DNA from: Pseudovirgaria hyperparasitica
Taxonomy: Eukaryota
Reading direction: 5' to 3' (one strand)
DNA: 64,000 bases
Assembly: GCA_010093815.1 (NCBI GenBank)
Contig: ML996572.1
A model generated the notes under the pieces. The model was given only the letters and a program-made list of their open reading frames with translations, ran no database searches and was not told where the DNA came from. The first letter of the stretch is position 1. Each line of letters starts with the position of its first letter. Shown one piece after another: positions 12,081 to 25,949 of the stretch. Both the position numbers and the translations under genes were made by a program.

Positions 12081-13886
12081 GAGTCACGAATCTCCTGAAG
12101 GTCCTATGAATTCTCATAGGTTGTTTTCTCTTGCATATAAGGCACACTATCGTAGTGCATAGTGCATATATATCCGAATCATGTTTAGTTCTCAATCTAA
12201 CTTGACCTCTGGGTTTGGTCCCTGTCTACCTAGGTAGCCTAGGTTATAGGTCAGAAGCAGGGCTTGAAGCGGGAGATCACGCGATCACCTCAGTGGCTGT
12301 ATTCAAGTACATACTTTCAAGGATCAAGGACTATGAGGATCATGAGATAGTCTGATATAAGTAGAACAGATCTTGGAGCTAAAGTAGAACAACATCGTCT
12401 ACGCGGTGTGCTGAAGAACAAGGTCGTCATGATAGGGAGATAGAGCAAGCCGTAGCCTATACTCGCAACACTTCAATTCCTATAAGCATCTTCTGCGCAA
12501 TCATGTGTGCCTCTGTGCCACCATCCCGTGACATGTCTAGATTTAAAGTACTGTTTGGTCTCGCTTGGGTCAACGAGCAAACTGCAGCATTCGCGAGCCG
12601 CTGTTCATCGACAGAAAAGGAGTAGTCTGGAGCTGGCCATTTGAGATCCGAAATTGGCTACCCAGATCTTCCCACGCCTGCATTTTACATTCATAGAAGG
12701 CAGTCTAGCCCAAGGTACCTAATTATGGCAGAATATTACTAACTTTCTCTACAACAATGCTGAAATGAACAACAGGACACACTTCCTTTAGGTGACTTGC
12801 TTGTTCAGCAAGCATTCCTCGCGATTATCTAAGAGGAGCATCGAATTTTCCCACCCGACAAGACTACCACGAGTTCGGAGCTGACTATGAACGGAGTCAT
12901 ATAAGAGCTCCGTGCACCCAGTTGCCATAGTGGATGTAATTCAGCTTTGCCTCTACATTGGTGAGCATTATTCGTAAGTGGTCAGGCTTTACATCGTCTA
13001 GGATGATGCAGACGAGATGAATTCCCAGACAAAGTCCCTGGCTAACGTTTTCCCCCTCGCCAATCTTATCATCTTCTTAGTACGTGGGATGCCACTGATA
13101 TAGTAGATTCACCAATTCCTGGCGTAAACACAGAGTGGCCGGGCTGGCGCTCGTAAATGCCACTTGCAAAAGCGTTGTCCTACCACACTGCATGCTACGC
13201 TTCAATCCCGTGTTCAGCCTCGCACATGAAGAAGTTAGTCTTGCAAAAAGAAGAGCTGCTCATACGGAAAACACATTCATAAGGATTTTGATCTTCCGTA
13301 GGGCTGTAGCGGGGGTTTTGTGCAATAGGACTGCTCCTGAAATTATGCGAACGAGTAATATTTCTTCTTCTTTTGGCAATCACTTCTTTGAATTCTAGAG
13401 CCGGCAGTGGAGCACAAGGCAACCACACAATACAAGAGCAATGCCCTCAAGTACGACAGATTGGAATCAAGCTACTTAGTAAGATATCTTCAACGCGTTC
13501 GCCGGATTCTGAATCATCGGAAAACCCCTTGTAACTCCTCAAAGCGCGAAACTCGGAAAGCCAGGATTTCGAGAAGGCTCTTGAGTTGAATGGATATTGT
13601 AAAAGGGTGCCTGTCGACTGCTACTTTCTCCCGTTGTCTGCGTTACCAGGACAAGCGACCCAATTCTCGTTCGCTCGGCTTCAAAGGTACGCATTCAACA
13701 CCGGACTATTACGGCTAAGAATAAATCTTCTCTATGCGTATTGTCAATTGATATGTACAATTCCTGTTAACTCGCGCATGCTAAATCGCCGGCGAACCGT
13801 CTACCCAGAGTACCTACATAGTGAACAGTCAGTTGAGTGGAAATTAAAACCCCCGCTCAAGATATATATATCTCAGTCGCGAGCAA

Positions 13887-16678
13887 CTATTGCCCCTTGA
13901 ATAATGTCGGCTCTACGGTTCCTGGCGCCGGAGGTGCATCACCTATTTCACCACCATCTTTTTTTCCTGGTCCGCTTGGTTTCGGCGTGTTCATGTCACT
14001 TCCCTCGCGGTCTCCTTTGCTGCCGAAATACTTTGACCATTCGCCCTTGTCGGGGAACGGTCGTTCGCCCAGTAGCCGTATCATGTCATCGCGGACAAGC
14101 ATTTCTTTAGAGAGCAGCTCTTCGGCGACTAGGCCGACCTCTCTCTTCTTTTCTGTGAGCAGGTCGCGACACTGCTTGTAAGCCTCGTCAACGATGCGAC
14201 GGACTTCTGAATCTATGTTCTTTGCTGTCTCCTCGCTAAAAGGCTTATGCAATTGACTTGACGGGTCATCTTCGAAGTAAAGGTGCCCGACCTTTTGTGT
14301 CATGCCCCATTTGGTCACCATAGAGTTTGCCATTAGTGTCACCTTCTTGAAATCGTCACTTGCACCGCTTGTGACCGTGTCGAAGTGCAGTTCCTCGCTT
14401 ACCCGTCCACCGAGGGTCATTGCCATGCGGTCCATAAGTTGGTTGACGTTCATGAGGTAGCTGTCACCGTTGGGTAGGTATTGAGCATATCCGAGAGCGC
14501 CTTGACCGCGGGGAATGATCGAAACCTTCAGGAGTGGGTCGGCCCACTCAAAATACCAGCCGCAGATAGCATGACCAGCCTCGTGGTAGGCGACTGTCTT
14601 CTTCTCTTCAGGGGAAAGCACAAGAGACTTCTTCTCCATGCCGACGATGACGCGTTCGATGGCTTGTTCGAAATGTGTCATGGCAACACTGTCGGCACCA
14701 AAGCGGGCGGCTAACAAAAATATTAGCAAAATATTAAAAGGGCGTAGAACCTTTACTGACCAACTAAAGCAGCTTCATTTACACAGTTGGCGATGTCTGC
14801 TCCAGAGAACCCTGGCGTGAGAGTTGCGAGCCGGCCCTCCAGATACGGAAGGTTTTCCGAGGTTACAATCTTCCTCAGGTGTACGCCGAATATTTGTTTC
14901 CGGCCCTCGAGTGTTGGCTTATCGATGGCGATATGTCGGTCGAAACGGCCTGGACGCATCAAAGCCTTGTCTAATACATCGGGTCTGTTAGTACCCGCTA
15001 GGACCACTACTTGTTCGGATGTATTGAAACCATCCATCTCGGTAAGGATTTGATTTAGAGTGCTTTCACGCTCGTCGTTGCCACCACCGAAGTTTTGTTT
15101 TGACCTGGACTTGCCAATAGCATCGATCTCATCGATAAAGATGATACAAGGCGTGGTCTTCCGAGCATTCGCGAATAGGTCGCGCACGCGCGACGGTCCA
15201 ACACCGACAAACATCTCGACGAACTCTGATCCACTGACGCTGAAAAAGGGTACACCAGACTCGCCAGCGGTGGCCTTGGCGAGCAACGTTTTACCAGTTC
15301 CTGGCGGACCTGAGAGAATTGCGCCTCGAGGGATCTTCGCACCGAGCTTCTGGAATCGGCTAGGCTCTTTGAGGAAGCTCACAAATTCCATGATTTCCAC
15401 CTTTGCTTCGTCCATGCCTGCGACATCGCTGAACTTGACTTTGATGTCTGTTTCATGATTGAACTTCTTGGCTCGACTGCGGCCCATACCGAAGATACCT
15501 CCTTGACCACCTCCAGCTCCTGATGCCGCACGCCTGGATATGAGCAGTAAAGCTCCGACGAAAAGCAACGTAGGTCCGAAAGAGAGTGCTAGATTTTGCC
15601 ATGCGCCTTCGCTAGAATAAGCGATGGGTATGCGTTCGCTCTGGGGAATTCCAAGACTGTTCTGGGCTTCGTCCATCTTGCGTTCGAAAGCTTCTACGGA
15701 GCCGAGTGTGATGCGATATGTAAAATTTGGGTTGGCGGCGGGGGAGTCGGGGTGCACTTGAGCAACGAGATTTTGATGAAGATGTACCTTAGCTACTGTT
15801 CCGTTCACAATTACAATCTTCTCCACCAGTCCCTTGTCTAGGAACGTGTTTCGAAACTCTTGCCATGTGATTTCACGGCCCATCTCTGTGGGCATGAAGA
15901 GACGGTATAACATGTATGCTGATATACCTGATATTAGGAACGTGTTCAGGTCGAAGTTGAATTCTGGCTGGCCTTGTGAACCCTCTTTCTTTCCCTTCTT
16001 GTCAGATGAACCCTCTTTCATCCCCTGTTTGCCAGATGAACCTGGGCCGACTTCGTGAGGTCCAGACTTTTGCTCTGCTTGGCTATCTTTCCGTGTATTG
16101 TCGTAGAATATATCTTTGCTTAGCTCTGCGGTCCTTTGTTTTCCGAACTTTGTTATTAGACGAGAAATTTTGGCGACGTCACCCATCGTCATGTTTTCTG
16201 CATCGACCTTGCCCATTGCTTCCTTGAGTTCCGCAGGTATACCCTCCCTCTTCATCCGGGCGATAGTCGCATCGATAACTTTCCGCATGCCCTTGGGAAT
16301 CCCTCTGTTCAGTTTGCTCACTATCTTCTCGAGTTGTTCCTCCTCTTCAGGAGACAGGCTAGCCATATTGCTCTTAGAGTTCTTGGCGGCATCGTGCTCT
16401 CCAGTCTCAGGCTCTGCTGCTGGTTGCCGCTCGTCTGCATTTTCGCCATCCTGCTTGGAATTGTCTTTTGCTGCTTTGTTTTTTGCCTCTTTGTTCGTCT
16501 TTGGTGGCTGCGGGTCTTCAGGCTGGACGGACGCATACCACCGCTGAGATTGGGGCGCACAAGGACAACGAGGCGCGATAGGTATTCTCCGAGGTCGATG
16601 ATGACTTCGCGAAGTTATTCGAAGATAATTGCGCGATAAGTTAGCTACCTGGCCAGAGCGGCGGAGGACGGAAGACAT
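13887..16678 (-). CDS. YTA12: Mitochondrial inner-membrane m-AAA protease subunit (Yta12/Afg3, FtsH family), 2 exons
   Basis: Arg-rich presequence, two TM segments, Walker A GPPGTGKT, Walker B IIFIDEID, second region of homology [10 protein letters not shown], zinc site [13 protein letters not shown]. One short intron near 14713-14760. Confidence 0.95.
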
Positions 16679-17549
16679 GGTGGTATGAGAAGGAGGGAGG
16701 ACAGAAGAGAGGAGGGGTGCTGAATGATGTCAGTGAGACACCATACAACGAGGCAAGACTTCGTTGAGATAGCGTGGGTGATCGTGATGATGGAGGCAAA
16801 AGTAAGAGACCATTCTGGGTCGCGAAGTCAATGACAGCTGCGCGGTGCGCCGTCGGTAGCTCGGAGCTTGATGGCCGGACTTCGTCCGAGAAACACTAGT
16901 CCATAGACAGTTAGCGTCAAATGTTTAATCATAAATACCATTCACAACCTCTGTTTCGCAGCACCATTTGCTGTGGACAGATTGGTGTATAGGTTGGGTG
17001 AGCGCAGCTAGAGTCACTTCACTAATTATCTTGCTGCTATCTCTCAGGAATTGTCTTTGCATAAGCCAACACTCTTCTGCACCGCTCTTTCTCACTGAGG
17101 CCTTGAGAAGTCTTATCGTATGGCAGCTTCACATTTATCTACATGAGCCTATCACAGGAGTTGTAGTAAGCTCTATTCCTGATCTGCTTGCCCCGCTGGC
17201 TAGCCTTGATGAATAGTTTTCTATATCATTAGCAACAAGATGCGGTTGCGAATACCCTCAAAACGATTAACGTCAAATAGAGGTCACATATCGACGATAG
17301 CATTTGTTCGAATTCAGAGAGTACAGTATCATGATAGTCATTGAAGCATAAATACTGATCAGTGTTCTTTGTACGACACCCCGCACCCTGCTTCAACGAA
17401 TCATCTTTCACCTCATGAAGTTATACTTGATATGCTACCCCTCCTTAAACCCAATATGTTAGCTGTGTGTTTACGCAACAGGTTCAAATCAATCACATCA
17501 TACTGGATGGTGAGAGTATAGCAAACTACAGGATTCACAACAACCGAAA

Positions 17550-18362
17550 ATGTGTGGTCGTCTTGAAGGCAAAGTAGCCATCGTCACCGGCGGTGGTTCT
17601 GGCTTCGGGCGAGGCATCGTCGACAAGTTTACCTCAGAAGGTGCCCGAGTCCTGGCATGGGATATCGACGGATCAAAGCTCAAAGACTTTGCGTCTGGCC
17701 CGTCTGGCAGCCCAGAAGCTCTCATCCTAGACGCCACCCTAGAACAAGACTGGCGCCTCGCACTCGCCCACGTCCTCCGTTCATTCGGCAAGCTCGACAT
17801 CGTCGTCAACAATGCCGGCGTCGTGCACCGCAACCAGCCGTCCGAAACGACACCAGAAGACGAAGTGGACCGGATGTGGCGCGTCAATGTTAAGCCGATA
17901 TACTACAGTAGCAAGGTCATCGTTCCGTACTTCCGTGAGGTCGGCCACGGACAATTCATCAACCTCTCAAGCATATCGACACCTCGGCCCAGACCGGGAC
18001 TGGTGTGGTATGCTGCGAGCAAAGGGGCTGTCACAGCAGCTACGAGAGGCTTGGCCGCGGAATATGCACCGTACAAGATCCGGGTGAATTGCATACAGCC
18101 AGTCTTTGGCGATACTGGGATGTATGTTGCTTTAGCAAACGCCATGTTGGTACTGCATGTGCTGACAGGATGTAGGGCAGAGAACGTCATGGGAGGGTGT
18201 ATCACTCCTGAGAAGCATGCTACACTGATTAGTGGTATTCCGCTAGGGCGAGGTGCTACGCCAGAGGATATAGGTAATGCTGCCTGCTATTTAGCCAGCG
18301 ACGAAGCAAGCTTTCTGACGGGTGTATGCTTGGATGTGGATGGAGGTCGTAGCTTGAACTGA
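17550..18362 (+). CDS. Short-chain dehydrogenase/reductase (FabG/TsaC-like)
   Basis: TGGGSGFG Rossmann motif, VNNAG, catalytic YAASK, IRVNCIQP, LASDEASFLTG...VDGG. Probable 54-nt intron at 18122-18175. Confidence 0.93.
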   Translation: MCGRLEGKVAIVTGGGSGFGRGIVDKFTSEGARVLAWDIDGSKLKDFASGPSGSPEALILDATLEQDWRLALAHVLRSFGKLDIVVNNAGVVHRNQPSETTPEDEVDRMWRVNVKPIYYSSKVIVPYFREVGHGQFINLSSISTPRPRPGLVWYAASKGAVTAATRGLAAEYAPYKIRVNCIQPVFGDTGMYVALANAMLVLHVLTGCRAENVMGGCITPEKHATLISGIPLGRGATPEDIGNAACYLASDEASFLTGVCLDVDGGRSLN

Positions 18363-18745
18363 TGCATTAAGTCTATCCTACCGTAAACAGCTAGGTCATG
18401 AATCCACCCACTGACGGAGCCGGAACGCCATTGAAGGCTTGATCGCGCGTTTTTGAGGGTCCCTTGAGGGAGAACGGCTATTTCTTTTACTATTTATCTT
18501 GGAACTCCATTTCAAGGCCATACTGGGTGTACTCGTGACTTATGGTGAGTTGAGAAATGTATACACAAGCGGCACCGACAATCCTCACCGATGAGACGAC
18601 TTGCGCCATGACTTAAACACAGGAACGCCTGATTTTGTTCTAATCAACAAACAATATGCAAATGTACAAAGCCGACACATCCCTAGCACCGAGACAATGA
18701 ATCGTAAAAATCTATCAAACACTACCGCTCAAACACTATGCCTAC

Positions 18746-21700
18746 CTACGCCTTCCACTTACCTTTTCCCTTCTTGCCACCACCAAGCACACCCATTGCC
18801 TCCTTCTCGCCATTCTCCACCTCTCCATCCACCAACTTGGCCGTATGATCCAATGCTCCCGTCTCCCCTGTCTGTCTGTTCCTCAGCAGATTGTCTGGGA
18901 AGGGAAACATTGTACTCCTCTTCGGCGGCTGTATTTGACTCGCGAATGCCCACCAGTGCCTTGCCAAATCCATCCCCAGCACATCCGTCATTGGCGTCAA
19001 AATTGGCACTACCAGCCCTAGAATAGCATAGCTTGTAACCCCAACAAGAGTCACAGACACGTCGTACGAGAAATTGTGATCTGTGAGGAAGACGAGCAGC
19101 CAGGAGCCCCAAGACCAGAAGATGACACCGTGGATCAGGTATATTGTGAATATGTGCGGAAAGATGGTCTGGAGGACGCGGTTGGAGAGGATCATCTGCA
19201 TGAAGGGGGATATCTCGATGATGGTTTGCAGTGAGCTTGCGGCGATCAAGCCGTTTAGGCGTGGTACGAAGTATTCCGGATACTGACTTCCCTTCGTCTG
19301 TGTGACGGGAGACGCGGTGGCCCAGTCTGGATGCCAGCCGTTCTCAGAAACACTCAGGTTGAACTTTGTGAGCTGCGGCGTAATGTTTGACACGACTGCC
19401 CCGATGGCGAGGAGGGTACATGTGGTGACAAGGGGATAGTACACCCAGAGGTGGCTGTGGAGATATTTTCTGTATTTGTATGTTATGTCGAGGTCGGAGA
19501 GGAGGATGCCGACGTAGAAGTACGCGTTCCAGCTTTGCGCGTACCAGCCGTTGACGATACAGAATGCATAAAAGGACATCCTTTTCCATGGATTGCGAAT
19601 CTCACGGATGACGAGGATGGAGAGAAGGATCAGCCATGTTGATTGAAGCTGGACGGCGACCGTCCACAAGACTCCTGTGCAGTAGTGGAATACCTATTTG
19701 AGTAGTGCGTTAGCTCAAGGAGTCCATCAATCAGAGCTTTTGACTTACAATCTGAGGAAAACCATTGGGGATGAGAAAGCCTAGTTCGAGCATCTCGTTC
19801 AGGAAGATAGCAAACGAAGGAAACCGCTCCACATACGGCCACTGAGACCAGGTGATCGAGGGAGTATACTGAAGGAACCGTGTAGCACCAGCGTCAATGA
19901 GAAAGTACTCAATAAGAACTATCGCTGTGACAGGAATCATGAATCGGGGGATCCTGCGGACTGCAACTGACGCAATATGCCTCAGATCGCCATCCTCGAG
20001 GTACCGATCAACCATGAAACGACAAGAACTAGTGAAGAAGAGACCGAGCCAAAGCTGAGAAAGAATCACAGGTGAAACGTACATCCGGACAAAGTTCTCG
20101 GAGCTGTGGTGAACAACCCGGTCTCCAGGTGAGATTGCGGCAGGAACAAAAGAGAGGCAGAAGTGCTGGACTGTTACAATGACCGCACAGAAAGCGACAA
20201 TACCTGCGAGATAGTCGACTCGAGCCCTCTTTGCCTCATTGAGTGGCTTTTTGACTGGCTCAGGGCCTGCTTGTTCCACGGAAGACGCCGCCTCTGAGTT
20301 TCTGATTTGATCCTTCGTCATGGTATCATCTTCAATATTCCCATCATTCAGGGTTAGATAGTCTTCCGCCAATGATCTCTCATGAGGACTTATCAGGGGA
20401 GTACCAATAGGACTTATCATGGGCGTTCCCAGGGGACTGTGAGTCGGGACATCAGTTCGAGATGTGCTTCTCGAAGAAGCTTTATGATGTTCGTGACGTG
20501 GGAGTAGCATAGATGTTATATGCGGTGTCCCAGGGGTTGCTGGGGTCCCAGGCGTGCCAGGTCTTGACGGTGGCTGATTCATTTGGTAGATTGACGTAAT
20601 CAGAGGCACAGCTGGCGAGTCCAAACCGAGGCAGCTGAAGTCCAAGCGACCAGGGTGCTGTCTGGATATGGACCGAGAAGATCCAGGTCTCGAATTTCCA
20701 TATCGAGGAGTTTCGGCTTGGGAACCACCAGGTCGGGAGGCTGTGGGCCGGGTGGTACCTGGCCTCAGTGTGCTAGAACTCGACATTGGATGAATGCTTC
20801 CAGAAGCAGGGCCAATAGTAAGATCGTCAGCCAACGTTACTCCAGAATATGTTGAGCAAGCCGATGATTGTGGGTTCTCGCTTCGGAGCTTGTCGACTTG
20901 ACGAGATCTTATATCGGAATGTCCAGCCTTAGTCCTTGAGCCTGAACTACTTGCACGTGAGGGGAAAGATTCCATGCTCTCTTTTGGAGAATTCCCATTG
21001 TCTGAAATCAATGTATCCTTCAAGCCATCATCGGCATAATCTGAAGAATCAATCTGCCTTGATCCACGAATCACACGAATTGAAGGAAGAGCACGTGGGG
21101 ACGTGAAGGAAGTTCCAGACTTGGCCTTGCGACGCTCTCGTACCAGCTTCCATGGTTCCCAAATATATATGGCATGGCATAGGACCAAGAATGAAACAGA
21201 CAGACAGAACACAGCGATAACAATTGCGGGAACCCTCTTTGGCTCTTTGGGGTGTTTGTGCTCATACTTCTCGAGTGCGGTGGCGTTGTATGAGGATACA
21301 CCCCTTAGTGTCGTGTCGTCGACTGAGCACGCCAGACTTGGTATACAGCGGGCATCGAAATCGCGGGCATCCGTCGTGGTACTGTTGAAGAACATTCTGA
21401 CCCATTCCACGCCAGCGAACCCGCGCTTCGTCGGCGGACCTTGCATAGAGTAATAATTGCCAGTCGACCAGTGCTTGATCTCAAATGGCACTGGTACGGC
21501 AGGGAGATCGGGCTGTTTCGCTTTGACAACCCTTCTAGTCGTGTTCGAGCCAATTGTAAAGTTCAACGTCGTGGCGTCCCAGTCAATCTTGTACTCCGTA
21601 AAGTTCCATGGGGACTCGATACCAATCTCCTTTGAACCGTTGGCAAGGACGGAAAAGTTAGACCCCAGGTTGCGGTCAGGAAATTCGCCGTTGACAAAAG

Positions 21701-22235
21701 TCCCAACCCACGCGTACGAGTCATTGGGGATGTCGGTGTTCATAAGCATGAATTCCATAGATTGCGTATCGTTCATCTGCAGGAGCATGGACAAGGCGCT
21801 GCCCCCTCCATTGTCCATTCCAGGCGGCTTCATTTTCGCTCTGAAGCTGCCAAACATTATATCTCTCCGGTCTGTCTGTATCGAAGATCCCATCACCAAA
21901 TGGTTCTTCAGGAACGGGTCAATGTAAAGCTGTGCCGAATCCGACGACGAGTCCAGATATACATTATTTGGGGTGGCGCCCTGTCGAAAGACGGAATTCC
22001 AACCCTTTTCTTTCTTGTTCTTGTAAGATTGCACGATCCAGCCATCATCAAAAGTAGATGACTCGTTGAAGAAAGTGACCATGCCATCAGTGAATATATT
22101 TCCAGACGAGGAGTCGCGGAATCCGCAGTCACATATGCTTCCATCCCCTCTTCGCACATCTGCCCATGCACCTGCCCCCAGAATCAAGATCAGAACGCAT
22201 CGCCGCAGGACGCTGAACGATGTCGCATACAGCAT
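18746..22235 (-). CDS. Fusion protein: signal peptide + GH16/ConA-like domain + TM helix + S/P-rich linker + multi-TM acyltransferase-3 (OafA-like) domain, 2 exons
   Basis: MLYATSF...GAGAWA signal; CDCGF, SSIQTDRRDIMFGSFRAKMK, EYKIDW, KHWSTGN...QGPP (GH16-like); RVDYLAGIVAFCAVIVTVQHF, RRIPRFMIP, GVLWTVAVQLQ, IYLIHG (acyltransferase-3-like). Intron 19748-19694. Confidence 0.85.
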
Positions 22236-24304
22236 AGTTGTGAGAGCATGCACCTTTGGGAATCTAGGATGTGCGACTGTAAGGTAGCATGAAAGGTGAA
22301 AGACCAAGGGGAAACCGACGTAATCCGAGCACCAAGCAGGCCAGATCCTTGGGGATGAACAATGATGCTCTCGACTAGCCCCTGCGGATCAAGTAGCCAG
22401 AATGCAGAAAAGGATCAGTTGCTGAGCGGATCGATTTAGGGACCGTCGATTGGGGTATAAAGTCCATTGCAGCTATGGCTGGACTTCACCCGGTCGATCA
22501 AACTCATGAATCTGGGTCGACTACAGTGAGTCCAACATGATGGTGATCATGTTGGCATCACTTTTGCAGGTCCACTTCCGCCTCAAGCGCGGAATTGAGG
22601 GTCCAGAATGTGAAGATGTAATCAGTATTCCGAGTTCCACTTTTTTGGCCGGAGGGCACGATGTAGGCCCCGATGCTGGACAACCAGCTAGGAAAGGTAC
22701 GGTCGGGGATGTAGATATCTCAGCCCGATTTGGACAAGGCATCGAGACATTGGATGAAGCCTTTCGAGCCGCTCGATCAGCCAGCTCGCTGCGCGCAAGA
22801 CCCCATATGCTGGAGCATCGTTCGCGCGCTACCGGCAGGATCTGTAGCCCATGTCCGAGAAATGCAAGTATACCAAAGTGGTTCGACTGCCTTCAATGAC
22901 ATCGTAATGCCCCTGTTTCGCTGTTCCAGCCCCGATGGAGTTTTGGCCAGATGTGGCCGTCGTGGACCGCCCAAAGTCGCGAGACTAAGTTGACGACTTC
23001 TCAATCGTGGCAAACATGGCTAGACAGTACACCAGTGCCTGGTCAACCACCCAAAGATGGCTGTCACGACCCCGCAAATGTTCAACCGAATGAGGATGGG
23101 ACCGATTGAAGAGGCTACCACCGGGGGTTCGGCGTCGAAAACATGCCCACGTCCGATCATCTCATGTGGGACACCACGTCAGCTTCACGCGGCGCAGTAA
23201 GGTGACAGAAACGGAATGTTCTCTATGACTTCAGCATCGAGATGGCATGCACCATTCGTAGCTTGGCAGAGGAGATGTTTGCTAGGCACGTCCAGTCCAG
23301 TCTAGTCCAATCTCCATGTCAGTCAGATGGGAAAGAGAAAAGGGTCAGGCACATTGGCTCTTGAACCCATCCCGTCAGTGCGAGCCTACATATGACAGCA
23401 CATACGTGAAAATAGTTGAGTATCTGATACGTATCCTCATAACACGTAAATGATGTATATACATCTACATATATCGCCAAAAACTATAACATAGCAACCA
23501 CATACTTCCAACACAAACAGGATAGTATCAAGCACACAGAACAACCACATCCAGACATCCCCAACCAAATAGCCCATCCTACCATCAGCATCCATCACAC
23601 GCCTGGAACCCAAAGTAACGAACCCGATCCAGACATCCACTAGACAAAGTCGATCCAAACAATCCATGGCGCACTATATCGCCCTGGCATCTCAGCCGCG
23701 CCAAGGAGTTTCCATGTACCTCGCTCGGTAGCAACGGAATCAGGGGTGTCAGCTCCCCTTTACTCGTGGATGCGCAGCTTCCAGCTTCCTTTTGAGGGGT
23801 AATTTAGTGGGTGGATGGAATGGAAAGGAATGAATGGATGGATGGATGGATGGGTAGATGGATTGGCCGTTCTAGGCCGGAATCGTGATTCCACCGAGCG
23901 CCAAACACAACCACAACACATAGTATGCACACTCCATGCTTTCATGTGAGACACGAAACGGGCGGGCCAATACCTCCACACCACCACCACTGCCCCCTCC
24001 CCTTTGGGAAGCTCGACTGGATCTATAGACTACGAAAAATGCTGAACAGAGAGGGCCGCACAGGCAGGGGGTGACTTGGCGGGTTGCTTGACATTGCCCG
24101 AAATGTGATTCGAGATGGTAGCTGTCATCGATTGCTAGTTTGGAGTGTGCTCGAGGCATTCGGTGCAGCAATTGACATGAATGTGGTGATGTGCAATGTA
24201 TGTGTGGCGAGCATACCTTATCTGCACATGATATGTAAAGTCTATAGAGTGAATGAGGTGAATAAACACGTAAAGCAATACCAAGAAAAACACAAACACC
24301 ACAA

Positions 24305-25908
24305 TCACGACCGCACCGTCGGATTCCACGACGAATACCGCGCCACCTGCCGCGCATGCCCATACAGCCCAATCGTCGCATTAACAATGATATAAAACGC
24401 ATAAAACACACTAAACACCACAATATCCCACCGTGTCACAAACTCCGACTTGACCCGATTCGTAATCCAGAGCGTGGCAACGAGGCACAGCACACTCAGA
24501 AAGAACAACCACCACGCAATCGGATACTGGAAAAAGAGAAAGTGCAGCGCCCCGAGCCCGCTCTTTGGCCACCGCGAGATGACGAAGCTGAAGGTGAGAC
24601 AGGTGCACTGCGTGACGAGGTAGTAGCTCCACTCGCGGATGAAGAGCAGGCTGAAGATGCCGAAGCGGATCCGGGCTGTTCGGGGCCGTTGCTCGGGAGG
24701 TGCGTTCCAGGTCATTTGGAGGTGGCGGGCGCTGGCTTGGGTCCAGCCTTGGGCCCAGCGGAGGCGCTGCTTCCAGAAGGTAGGCCAGGTTGTGGGTGCG
24801 AGCTCGTAGGAGGTGACGTTCATGTCGTGGACTGCGTTGGCGCCGTGGGAGAGGGCGCGGAGGGCGCTGTCGATGTCTTCGGTCAGCATGCTGCCGTCCA
24901 TCTTGAGCTTCTTCAGCAGGTCGCTGCGCCAGTAGCCGTTGGATCCGCAGAAGAGCTGTGCCGGGGGGATTAGTTCACTACTCTTATGTCGTAGAGATAC
25001 ATCTTTGTACTTACGCCGAAATTCCACATGACGGCCCGGCCGGGGTGCGACACGGCGTATATCTTGTCGAACTCGACCGCGATCATCTTCGTGAGGAAGT
25101 TGTCCTGGGAATTGAAGATGATGCAGCGGCCTTGCACGATGTCAATGTCGGACGACTGTGCAAAGCGCTCCATGGCCCATCGGCTCGCGTTCGGATGCGG
25201 GTAGTGATCCGCGTCAAAGATGGCGATGACGTCGGAATCAGGCTCAACGCAATGCGTCAGGAAGTGGTTCAGGTTGTCGGCCTTTGACGTTGAGTTTGGC
25301 ACTTTGACAACCCGGAGATGGTGGTGTTCCTTTGCCAGCACTCTGAGGTCGTTCTCGACGTCTGGTATGGCCTTGGGCGTGTTGTACAAGACGTTGATCC
25401 TGATCTTGTCGCGGGGATATATGATCTTGTTGACCATGTAGTCGACACGGTCCAGGATGATGTCCTTTTCGTTGGGCAGATAGGCGACAAGGATGAGATC
25501 CAGCATGCCCAAGTCGCTATCAGGGGTCGGAAACACCCAATTCTTGGCCGACGCCTTCTCCACCACCTGACGTGACTCCTTGATGGGTGTGATGGAGAAG
25601 AAAGCCTCCAGAACGGTGCCGGCTGCCACGTAGAAGTTTGTCGCCAGATAGATGAAGAAGAAGACCTCGACAAAGGTCTGCGAGCAGACGAGATAGAGAC
25701 AGACGGAGAATGGGAAGTACGAGGACACGAGAAGGAAAGGGGTCCACTCGTGGATAAACTGCGATACTCTTGCAACCAAGCGAGGTTTTTTTGTTTTTGT
25801 CGCGACTTCGATTCCTGCGTCGGTGATTGAACTGGCTCCGCTCCCAACGTCTACGATGAAGTCCTTTGGGGAGAAGGACTTCATCTCCAGAGAAGCATCT
25901 CCGCCCAT
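24305..25908 (-). CDS. Processive membrane glycosyltransferase family 2 (cellulose/hyaluronan-synthase-like), 2 exons
   Basis: VAYLPNE, SKADNLN, FDADH (DxD), FG|LFCGSNGYW, MLTEDID (TED), QRLRW (QxxRW), with N- and C-terminal TM helices. Intron 25014-24956. Confidence 0.92.
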
Positions 25909-25949
25909 GACGATCTGTTCCACGACACTTCAGAGCGGACGGTGGTTTT

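Noticed and set aside
12100..13880. 1.8-kb gap as possible pseudogene or transposon relic
   Set aside because: No terminal repeats, transposase/RT motifs or identifiable protein fragments; a BLASTx search would be needed.
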